Shown here piece after piece: positions 42,111 through 53,915 of a stretch of 64,000 nt of DNA. The translations under genes were made by a program, and so were the position numbers. Positions within the stretch are counted from its first letter, which is position 1. Every line of letters begins with the position of its first letter. Where the stretch lies: the NCBI RefSeq assembly GCF_009914755.1, contig NC_060928.1; one strand, given 5' to 3'. Below the pieces are notes generated by a model. It did no database searches, had not been told where the DNA came from, and was given only the letters and a program-made list of their open reading frames with translations. The DNA is from the human T2T-CHM13v2.0 reference genome, Homo sapiens.

Positions 42111-43087
42111 AAGAGTTTAAAAATTTTTGTATTTGTGTGAGCGTTCCACTTTTTAACTCTTTGAGAATGACACTTTGACAATTTTGAAGTCTCCTCAAGC
42201 ATTCATGCCTACTTTGAAACTGACTTAAGTGAAACTCTGGAATTATAGATTGAGAAACGCTATTTACGCTCCTTTGTTATTTAGCTTAGAAATTAATGAG
42301 CTTCTTAGAGAAAACTCTTCTACTGCTATGAGCAAACATGCTCTGTTTTGAGGATCTTCCAGAATGGGACCTCTTCCCGAGACCTGGCTGGTCAGAGAGT
42401 GTGTAGAGTCATTCAGAACCCATAAAATAATCCTTAAACACTCTCGTTTCATAAGCACTGGGGGCAAAAAAAGACCCTTCAGTCTGATAAGACATTATAA
42501 CCATTACATAAGAAAATTTCCCAAGCTGTGAGAAATTTGGTAAGTTATCGGAGATCCATTTACAAAACAAAGAATTCCATTTCTGAGACAGAAGGATGGC
42601 AGTAGCTACAAGTGTTGGTATGATCCTAAAAGGCAATTAGGAGTGATCTCCTTTGAGGACTTTTTCCTCCACTCCGTGGAAAAGCATTTTATTATCTTAC
42701 ATAAGTAACTGAATATGAGTTACAGAAGGATAATACTTCTTTAATTATTTTATTATAATTTGCTGAAGACTCATGAAAATTAGCCAGTGTTTATAAAAAT
42801 GGCTTACTGATTAAAAGCATATAATTTCAACCAGCTTTTGATCCTTAAGATAAAAAAATACTCTTAGAAGATTTGGAAAATTCCTCAAAAGTAGGCAGCT
42901 GTTTACACTATTTTGTTCACTACACTCTCCTTTTAGTACATGAGCTAAATATTTACTAAAAAATTCCAGTTCACCTAATTAATCTAGAATCAAATTATAA
43001 TTTTTAATTGTATATCTTGTAGAGATACATCTTTTATCAAGTGTTTCCATTATGTATAAGACTGTTTTTCTGAGGGACAGAAGATAA

Positions 43088-43115
<28 letters not shown>
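43088..43115. repeat. (AC)14 microsatellite
   Basis: Read directly. Confidence 0.95.
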
Positions 43116-43118
<3 letters not shown>

Positions 43119-43379
43119 TGCTTATGTTAATCTACACTGCCTTGTGGCAGAAACAATGAAATGTATATTAATAAAGGAATTATTAATGATTTACACATTT
43201 GGGCAACTGCATAAAATTCTTAATGAAGAGATGTATGTGAGCATAATTATATAAATGTTTTCTATCTGATGTTTATGTCATGGTTTAGCAATTAGTGAAA
43301 TTTGTAAGTTGTTTGAGCATTACTTCATAGACCATCTAGGAAATTCTTTTAACCTAAGTAATTTAGAAAAAGGAATTCA

Positions 43380-43672
43380 GCCGGGTGCGGTGGCTCACGC
43401 CTGTAATCCCAGCACTTTGGGAGGCCAAGGCAGGTGGGTCACGAGGTCAGGAGAGTGAGACCATCCTGGCTAACGTGGTGAAATCCCGTCTCTACTAAAA
43501 ATACAAAAAATTAGCCAGGCGTGGTGGTGGGCGCCTGTAGTCCCAGCTACTCGGGAGGCTGAGGCAGGAGAATGGCCGTGAACACGGGAGGTGGAGCGTG
43601 CAGTGAGCCGAGATGGCTCCACTGCGCTCCAGCCTGGGCCACAGAGTGAGACTCCGTCTCAAACGAAAAAAA

Positions 43673-43698
<26 letters not shown>
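43380..43698 (+). mobile_element. AluY, full length
   Basis: Y diagnostics accatcctggctaac, aaaaaattagcc and gaatggc.gtgaac; 15-bp TSD agaaaaaggaattca at 43365-43379 and 43699-43713. Confidence 0.95.
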
Positions 43699-43704
<6 letters not shown>

Positions 43705-45544
43705 AGGAATTCATCATTATTGAAAAGGAAAAAGAAAATAAAAGGGAAAGGGATGATCTTACTTTAACTAACACAGTATGAAAAAATTTATAAAGAAATC
43801 TTAACCTCACAAGTTGTACTTCTTAAAGACGTAACATGAAGTATTTTATTGAATTTTGAACTAAAGTGTAAGTTATTGTTCTTGGTTAATACTGATAACA
43901 TAGCAGATTTTGGTTCCATTTTCCCTCACTCTGACAATATTGACAAGGAATGTTAATCTTTGTATTCATTTTCCCAAAGTAAAACAAATTCATATCATGC
44001 AAGAAAAAAAATATAAAGTATCAATTGCTTGATACTTCTACATTTCAACCAATTGAAGTTTCCATTCAGAAGATACTTTAATTTTTTAAAAAAGCTAAAG
44101 AAATTTGGCTCTGCATTAATGGTTTATTCTTTAAAAAGAAATACTGCCTTGTCTTAAATGTTGTGCCTGATTTCTGTAACTTGGCCGCAGTGGTTTCTTA
44201 GATCAGTGTAGTAACAGGAAAGCCCTGATTTAATCTGATTGTAGGTACACACCCTTATATCCTCCCTTTCCCATTCCTTGCCAATCATATCCCTAACATA
44301 GAAGAATCTCACTTGGTCTCAGCAACTCTATTGATGATTTAGAAGCATTAATGAGAGAGACAGAGAGTAAGAGCTAAAGTGAGAGCAAGAGAGGGGAGAG
44401 AGAGGGAGAGAAAGGGAGAAGAGATGGCAAGCACAAGCTGGAGGGAGCAAGAGTATATGCATGAGAAAGACTTTCTTTACTTTCAGAGTATCCCTCTTGG
44501 TTTCGAACGTGCAGGAATAACTTTTTGTGTTTACTGATTAACTCTAAAGTAAAAATAGAGAATTTGAAATTTTTATAAATGTGACTGCAAAATTAGCGTT
44601 AGTAGAAAAATCTGTAGAACACAGGACAAAAGACAGAAATTCTTGAAAAATTATTAAGGAGACTTAAAGAATAAAATACTGGTAAGCACATTTTCTGCAT
44701 AGAAAACTTTTTAAATTATAGACCCTAGTCAGGGAGACTAGCATTATCTGAAATTCAATTGATGCTATTAAATGATTAGAACATCATTTAATTTTTTATG
44801 TCATAATCCTAAGAAAGGACAGATTCATGTTTTCCTCTGTTTAGTAATTGCTCTGGTCTGAGTTCATTTATAGCATCATTTACCAAACACAAACCCATAA
44901 AAAATCATTATTAATTCTCAAGAAAACTCTTGAATAGATTGTGTATAGTGCCATTAATTGAAGGTGTATTTCTCAAGACATATGAAGATGACTTCATGCT
45001 ATTCAGTCAAGCACAAATCTAATGATATGTATGAGGCAACAGAATTGATATGTCAGCATTTTTTATATAATTGGAAAGCTTCAGTTTGCCATTACCTCTA
45101 TGCTAAATAACACACTTACATTATCCCCTAGATTGCAGACAAGCATACGCCTAATTATTTTATTTCTGGCGTGCATTGTAGAAGAATTCTTACGCAAATA
45201 ATAGAATTAGAGAAAATGTTCCTCTGTGTTTTATCACTCTTTCCGACCCTGTGTGAAACTCATTAACTTCCTAGGAGGTGGAAAAATGAACCAATGGATG
45301 TTGGAATAAAGTATACGACCAGCACTGTTCCTCATGTTTTTTTTATAACATATTATTTTCCAAAAGAAAACTTTCTAATTTAATAAATAAATTTTCAATT
45401 GAAGAAAAGGTTGTAAGCTAAAAGTATGTTTATCTGCCTGAAACATGACTGGGCTGAAGATTGTCATCAGTTAGAGAAAGTCAGGCTTTGGTTCTGCCAA
45501 TGTTTGTCTTTTAGAAGATAGCTAGGAAGACCTATAATAGTGAA

Positions 45545-45745
45545 GAATAAATAATATAACTATGCTTACGTATTTTGATCACTTATATTCTATTTTCATT
45601 CTCACAATAACCCTATGGAGTAAGATTCTCTCCGCTCATTTTTGATGAGCCAGCTGCAGTTGAACCAGGGTAAGTAACCTGCCCAAATCCTAGAATTAGC
45701 AGAGGGAAGAAACAAGACGAGACCTGATCACTCCGTGTTTTATAC
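45545..45745 (-). mobile_element. MIR SINE
   Basis: tcattctcacaataaccctatg...taagtaacctgcccaa. Confidence 0.65.
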
Positions 45746-46134
45746 CTCACTTTCACACCATCCCTGGATTCAAATTTATTGGCTTTGAAACTGGCACTCT
45801 CTTGGAAATGTTTGTGTTTATGGAGACTTTTTGTTAAGTATACCAGGAAATGACAGTAGAAGAGACCCTAATCCCAGGATGTTCTAAAAGGAGAAGAGAT
45901 TAAAATGAGATTTGGGGAAAACATCTGGATTTTATTTGTTTGTGATATTCTAGTTATCCATAGAAAAATAATGCCATTGTTTTTAATAAAGCAACATAAT
46001 TGTCAGTTTTTTTATAGTTTCATTTTCTTAATAAAAACCCCCACTGAAATAAAGGGAGTAAAGTTGGTCTCATATTTTGAATATAGTCATCCAATTATCA
46101 CATATATTTTACTTAAAATTTTAGAATCATAGCA

Positions 46135-46650
46135 ATCACTCAAGTTTCTTGCCATCTAATGATTAGACACATTCAACTGAGTAAATAAGGATTAGCAGCA
46201 CTACATATAAAATGTTGAAGTTGATGCTGTGAGGTGCTGATATATGACACCCAAATACTGCCAATCAAGTAAAGGGAATGAAATATAAGCCTTAACATCT
46301 ATCATAGAAGGTGGAATATGGGAAACTCTGTATCAGCATATGAAGTGCAGTGATGAGTCAGAAGAGCTCCGTGGAAGCTTCAGAGAAAAGACAGCTTTTG
46401 CCCTCAGTCTTGGATGCTGGGTAGATCATTGCTGGCCAGAGAAAGTTATAGGAAAAAAAAAAAAAAGAAGGCATTCCTGAAAGAAGGAAAATCTGAGCAA
46501 ATGCATAGCAGTATTGAAATAATTGAACACATTTCATATGTAATTGTCGTGAAGAACATAAATGGGAGTGACAGTGGGACCAGGTCTTGGAGGCCTCTGA
46601 GTGTCCTATTATAGTATTTGAATTTAATCACTGCCTTTGAAAGAGAATCA
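46135..46650 (-). mobile_element. L2 fragment
   Basis: agctccgtggaagcttcagagaaaagacagcttttg...gggaccaggtcttggaggcct. Confidence 0.45.
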
Positions 46651-47185
46651 GCAAATAGCTTATATATACCCTTGAGTTTCTAGCTGTAATCGTCACCTAA
46701 ATTGATGGGTAGATTTATTTAATTTTTGTACTAGAAGGAAATGTGATGTTGAAAATCACTTCAAGAGATGATTATATAAGACTGTGGACTCCTTTGTCAA
46801 ATCTCTATAGCAGTTTAGACTAGTTGTACAGTGGCCTTTGGTCTCAAAAGAGACTCTAGCAATTAAAAAAATACTTCTCTTCTTTGGGGAACTAAATTAA
46901 TCTGTGTTTTCTTGTGTAAATGCTCATCAAAGAGATAATTATAGGAACCTTTAAAATCAATCCATTTTGTTCTCAAATATGGTTCATTTAAATAAATTAT
47001 ATGAGGAATAAGAGACAAAGTGAGATACTTTTTTGATTATTCTATAACATAAAATGCCAATTATTATATGTGTCTTTGCTAGACTGTGCTAACATTTTTG
47101 AGAAATAAATGACCTCTATGCTAGGTATTCTCTCTGTGATAATAATGTTTATGATAAGAGGAGAATCATGTTTATAATATATTTA

Positions 47186-47490
<305 letters not shown>

Positions 47491-49589
47491 ATATATTTAC
47501 TGAGAACAAGTTGTAAAAGTGTATGGATAACATGCTCTACTAAACTATATACAAATGTAAAAAGAATCTTAAAGGATCTGTGCTAGCATATTAACATTCT
47601 GTCTTGAATTGTTGGGATTTACGGTTGTTTAAGTTTTCAGTGCTACTTTTCTAGCTTAAAGACATTAAATCAGTGATTCCAAAGGGTTCTTAGTCTATTC
47701 TCAATAAAGTGCTATTGCAGCATTTTGAAGAAATTCATCAAGGTGTACTTTATCCTACCATTCCTACCTATCCCCAAACCCTCCAAAAAAGACATACATG
47801 CAGATATTAGCTATTTAGGGCTTTGTCCCCTTTGCCTTTACCATTTAAGTGAGGTGTTCTGACATATTAAATTTATAGTAATAGGCCTCCACATCCATTG
47901 TCATGCAAATAAGGCACAGGTACACACATAACTTCCTACTATTCCGTCATGGGTAAATGGAAAATCAGGCATATTGAGGGAAAACTTACGAGTAAGAAAG
48001 TATCAGGGCACATGTTATCTATGGGCTCTCATTAGACCAGATTGACTTAAAGTAGCTATGGCTGTACTGGATGTTCCACAGAAAGAGCTTTTGGGGAAGA
48101 AACATCCTAATAAAGGAAATGACAGGCAGAAAATGTTGCAATGAAGGTGAAATAACTAGAACTTGTCAAAGTCTTTATCAAAGTCTTTTTTTAAAAAAAA
48201 GTTGAATCTCCAGGTCTAACCCTCTAGTATCAGCCAGCTCTTCAGTGAGTGGCTGTAGATCTGCTAAAGGGTTTCTTGTTGGTTATCAAAACTGGAGATA
48301 AGGGGCCTCCAGGGTCATTTGATTTGCCTCTTGGCATTGTTATAACTTAGTCTGATCAAATTCCATGTCAACATAGATAAGCAGCTAAATAATTACTACA
48401 GTTAACTGATGTAACATGTGATAGTTCAAAGCAGGAAAAATGTAGGTCAACGAGGATTTAGTGATAAGCCAGAAACTGGTATGAGGGTAGGAGTAGCTAG
48501 TGTATAAATAGTACAGCATTATACATTACTTGTGGCTTCAATGAACTTACAGTTTCACTATGTTTTGAGAGATGAAATACACACATGTGAAAACATTTTA
48601 ATCCTCTTGATGCTCCAAACATCAAAAATGAGTTGTAGAATAATCATTGGTATATAATTTGTTTCTTTAGCAATTTTATATTGCAGTTGTGTGACAAAAT
48701 AAACACTTTCTAGTCAAATCAAATTATATAAAATAACTTTTCATGATCTTCCAAAGATAATATTTAATTTGTTGAATTCATTTAAAATTTGTTTTGTAAT
48801 TTTTCATCTTTTACCATGTCCAATATTGAATCTAATACTAGGATGATAAATTAACATCTGGTAGTGTGAAAGTTAAGTTTTTCTTTCTCAACATATAATC
48901 AGAGTTTTAATAGTTTTATTCAGCAATTAGCTACTGGCAATTACTATTTCTATTTTTATTTTTCAGAATGCAACATTTACTCATCTTATAAATAGCTGCT
49001 GATATTTAGAATAGTAAAGATATTTTATTAGTAAAATGCAGCATTAATATTTGGTGCACTGTAATATCATGTAGATATTGCCCTTCTTAATTTTGGGTTC
49101 CAATCACTGACCTTATAAAAATAGAACACAATGGACTATTTGCAGTAATCCTCACACAAGCCATAATAATTCAGCAAGTGGCATTTTAATGTATTTTAAA
49201 ATTGTCATAGAATAATCATTAACATCTTGAACCTATAAAAATGTTGAATTTGCTTTAGTTTGTTTCTGTCTCTAATTGAGCACAATATGTTTTTCTGATT
49301 ATTAAATTAACATTTATTTCTAAATTGACTTGTTACTTTTTAACCTATTTGTTATTAAAATATACTGAGAAAATGTGGGTTAACCGTGCCAAACATATTA
49401 GTAGACACTCAGTAATTACTGCATTAGTGAATGAAGGATAATAGAGTAAAGGCACAAAAATTTTATCTTGTTTCCTTAGAGTTAGGCAAGTTTTAATTCT
49501 AGAGAAACAACTTCAAGGAATAATTGAAATTATTTTATTTAATTTCTGATTCTACAGTTGACTAACATCAAAGATAAGATAGTTTTCTG

Positions 49590-49719
49590 AGCTGACATAG
49601 TGGTTCACACCTGTAATCCCAACACTTTTGGAGGCCAAGGCAAGAGGATTACTTAAGCCCAGAGTTTGAGACCAGCTTGGGAAACAATGAGACCTTGTGT
49701 CTACTGAAAAAAAAAATTA
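49590..49719 (+). mobile_element. FLAM_C monomer
   Basis: Single left monomer with A-tail; TSD aagata(g/a)ttttctg on both sides. Confidence 0.9.
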
Positions 49720-49794
49720 AAGATAATTTTCTGTAATAGATTTGGAATATTTTGCTTTTGGATGCTATCATAAAATAATTATTATATGTTATTA

Positions 49795-50088
<294 letters not shown>

Positions 50089-50461
50089 CTATAAATGTTT
50101 TTGAGAAATGTTACCATGTAGCTGTTCAAATGTGTTTGAATGAGCTGTTTCATAGAGATTATGTATCATGTGGTACTAAATATCCTCATAAAGAATTCAC
50201 ACGTAAAAAGCACAATTAAAAAACAAATTAAGAACACATATTAGATATGTAAATAAAGTTGATTAGGGGAATAGAGAATAAAGAAGAATATAATGTTTAT
50301 ATGAAAATAACTGAACTACTGTGATTGATAAGACTATTATCTGATGTATAGAAAACTAGTATGATATTAAAGTTAGCAGAGAGTGAGAAAGTAGTCTATG
50401 AAGTGGTGGATGAGACAGACTTTGAATTAACTAGATTTGTTCCCATTCTAGACTTGATCTC

Positions 50462-52730
50462 TGATATGGTTTTGCTGTGTCCCTACCCCAATCTTATCTT
50501 GAATTCCCATGTGTTGTGGGAAGAACCTGGTGGGAGATAATTGAGTCATGGGGGATGTCTTTCCTGTGCTGTTCTCCTGATGGTGAATAAGTCTCATGGG
50601 ATCTGATCATTTTATAAAGAAGAGTTCCCCTGCACAAGGTTGCTCTCTCTTTGCCTGCTGCCATCCATGTAAGACATGACTTGCTCTTCCCTGCCTTCCA
50701 CCATGATTGTGAGGCCTCCCAAGCCATATGGAACTGTAAGTCCATTAAACCTCTTTCTTTTGTAAATTGCAGAGTCTCAGGTATGTCTTTAGCAGCAGCA
50801 TGAGAACAGACGAGTACAGTAAACTAGTACCAGGAGTGGGTGCTGATGAAAAGATACCCCAAAATTTGGAAGCAACTTTGAAACTGGATAACAGGCAGAG
50901 GTTGGAATGGTTTGCAAGGTCCAAAAGAAGATAGAAAAATGTGGGCAAGTTTGGAACTTCATAGAGACTTGTTGAATGGCTTTGCCAAAAATGCTGATAG
51001 TGATATGGACAATTAAATCCAGCCTGAGGTGGTCTCAGATGGAGATAAAAAACTTTTTGGGAACTGTAGCAAAGGTGACTCTTGTTATGGTTTAGCAAAG
51101 AGGCTAGTGGCATTTTGCCGCTGCCCTAGAGATTTATGGAACTTTGAACTTGAGAGAGATGATTTAGGGTATCTGGTGGAAGAAAGTTCTAAGCAGCAAA
51201 GCATTAAAGAGGTGACTTGGTTGCTGTTAAAGACATTCAGTTTTAAAAGGGAACAGAGCATAAAAGTTTAGAAAATTTGCAGCCTGCCAATGTGATAGAA
51301 AAGAAAATCCAATTTTCTGAGGAGAAATTCAAGCCAGCTGCAGAAATTTGCATAAGTAATGGGAAACCGAATCACCAAGACAGTGGAGAAAATGTCTCCA
51401 AGGCATGTCAGAGATCTTTATGGTAGCCCCTCCCATCAAAGGCCCAGAGGTTTAGGAGGAAAAAATGGTTTTGTGGGCCAGGTCCAGGGTCCCTCTGCTG
51501 TGTGCAGTCTAGGGACTTGGTGCCCTGCATCCCAGCAGCTCCAGCCATGACTAAAAAGAGCCAAGTTACACCTGGAGCTGTTGCTTCAGAGGCTGGAAGC
51601 CCCAAGCCTTGTCAGCTTCCATGTGGTGTTGAACCTGTAGGTACAGCAAAGTCAAGAATTGAGGTTCAGGAACCTCTGCCTAGATTTCAGAAAATCCATG
51701 GAAATGACTGGATGCCCACCAGAAGTTTGTTGCAGGGACAAGGCTATCATGGAGAACCTGCACTGCTAGGGCAGTGCAGAAGGGAAATATTGGGTGGGAG
51801 CCCCTACATAGAGTCCCCACCTAGTGGATCTGTGAGAAGGCCACTGTCCTCCACACCCCAGAATGGTAGATCCACTGAAAGCTTGCACTGTGCACCTGGA
51901 GAAGCTGCAGACACTCAGTGCCAGCCCATGAAAGCATCCAGGTGGGAGGCTGTACCCTGAAAAGCCACAAGGGCAGAGCTGACCAAGATCATGGGAACTG
52001 ACCTCTTGCATCAGCATGACCTGGATGTGAGGCACAGAGTTAAATGAGATCATTTTCGATCTTTAAGATTTGGCTGCCCTGCTGGATTTCAGACTTTCAT
52101 GTGGCCTGTAGCCCCTTTGTTTTGCCAATTTATCCCATTTTGATTAGCTGTATTTATCCAATGCCTGTACCTGATTGTATCTAGGAAGTAACTAACTTGC
52201 TTCTGATTTTACAGGCTCATAGATGGAAGGGACTTGCCTTGTCTTCGATGAAGCTTTGGATTGTAGACTTTTGAGTAAATGCTGAAATGAGTTGAGACTT
52301 CGGGAGATTGTTGGGAAGTCATGATTGGTTTTGAAATGTGAGGATGTGAGACCTGGGAGGGGCCAGAGGTGGAATAATATGGTTTGGCTGTATCTCCACC
52401 CAAATCTGATCTTGAATTCTCATGTGTTGTGGAAGGGACCCAGTGGGAGATAACTGAGTCAGGGGGGATGTATTTCCCATTCCGTTCACTTGATAGTGAA
52501 TAAGTCTCATGAGATCTGATGGTTTAATAAAGAGGAGTTTCCCTGCGTGAGCTTTCTCTCTCTTTGCCTGCTGCCATCCATGTGAGACGTGACTTCTTCC
52601 TCCCTGCTTTCTGCCATGATTGTGAGGCCTCCCCAGCCATGTGGAACTCTAAGTCTATTAACCTCTTTCTTTTGTAAATTGCCCAATCTCGAGTATGTCT
52701 TTATCAGCAGCCTGAGAACAGTCTAATACA
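50462..52730 (+). mobile_element. Full-length THE1B MaLR element (LTR 50462-50818, internal 50819-52374, LTR 52375-52730)
   Basis: Two direct LTRs (tgatatgg...taca); perfect 5-bp TSD atctc at 50457-50461 and 52731-52735; purine-rich tract before the 3' LTR; fragmented internal ORF; apparently inserted in a MIR. Confidence 0.95.
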
Positions 52731-53098
52731 ATCTCTTAATGAGTTTACCCTTTACCACGCTAATTTACCTTAGTTTTCTCACTTGTAAAATAGGAAATTA
52801 TAACAGAACTCATAAACATTAAATTGGCTGAAATATTCAAGAAGGCAGATGGACACATAGGAAAGTCTTGGTAAAGAGCAAGTGTTATAACTTTTATTTT
52901 ACTATGTAGCACACCCTTTTATCCAAAGTGTTTTGCTGCAAACCCCAAACCAAGTGCCTGAGTTTCCAACAAAAGAGAAAACCAGGCTCCTTCATGTGCA
53001 CTCAGAACAGGATATATCTTATGATCAAGGAGCACAATACTTTCCTTAGGATCTCAGCAGGTAAATTTTTGTCATTCCCAATAAGAAGTCAAGCAGTT

Positions 53099-53133
53099 AT
53101 ATATATGTATATATATATGTGTATATATATATA
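53099..53133. repeat. (TA)n microsatellite with TG interruptions
   Basis: Read directly. Confidence 0.9.
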
Positions 53134-53379
53134 TTTGTAGCCACAGCCATAGCCTATAATCAAACAAAACTGCTTCTTCCAATTTCTGGCTACAGTTTCA
53201 ATATTTAAGAAAATAAAAAATAGACAAACAGATGGAAATTTTAGCAGCCATTTTCTAAACAACATTTTAGTGACTTTATAATAATCATATAGCTACATTA
53301 TATTATTAAACTTGATGATACTAGGTTATTTTATTCATGTTATTTTTATATTTTCCCCTTACTGACACTTAATATTTAT

Positions 53380-53530
53380 TACATATTGACAATCTTCTAA
53401 GTACTAAAACATTATTTCATTTAATAATCATAAAACCAAACATGCTATTGTGTTATTACAAACTGCAGAATAGGAAACCGGGACCCTGAGGAGTTTAAGT
53501 AAATTCTCCAGAGTCAGAAAGGTAATAATT
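53380..53530 (-). mobile_element. MIR SINE
   Basis: cattatttcatttaat...gaataggaaaccgggaccctgaggagtttaagtaa. Confidence 0.55.
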
Positions 53531-53823
53531 ATGACCATATTTTTATATGCCTGTTGTACTTATCTTGGGAGAAAATATGACATTGGAAAAGAATTGAAAT
53601 TATATAATTATTGTTTTTTCTTTTAATTGACGATACGACATTATTTACATATTGACTTTTGTCTAAAGAAAGAGGACATTATTGTAGTTTTGAAAATATG
53701 GGTTGCCTTTTATAGTTGTACCATAGTTTTGATAGCTCAATTTCACTTACAGATACATTTAACGCCACTAGATACAAAGTAAAAACTTTGTCTATTATCT
53801 GCTGAATGTGTCATTTCCCACAG

Positions 53824-53915
53824 GTGCTAAGAACGCTCAAGCCATGGAGAGAGATGCATTTGGAGTTGTTTACATTCAGACAAAGCTCATCTGGTTGTTT
53901 GCAGCTAGTCACAAG
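53824..53915 (+). other. Candidate 92-nt spliced exon (unverified)
   Basis: Acceptor tcatttcccacag|G, donor AAG|gtaagc, and internal Kozak context GCCATGG at 53841-53847. Confidence 0.35.

Noticed and set aside
50745-52510. ORFs of up to 152 aa as genes
   Set aside because: They are fragments or antisense frames of the THE1 internal region and LTRs.
50715-52640. PRDM9 hotspot motif in the THE1B LTRs
   Set aside because: The LTRs read CCTCCCAAGCCAT and CCTCCCCAGCCAT; neither matches CCTCCCTAGCCAC or CCNCCNTNNCCNC.
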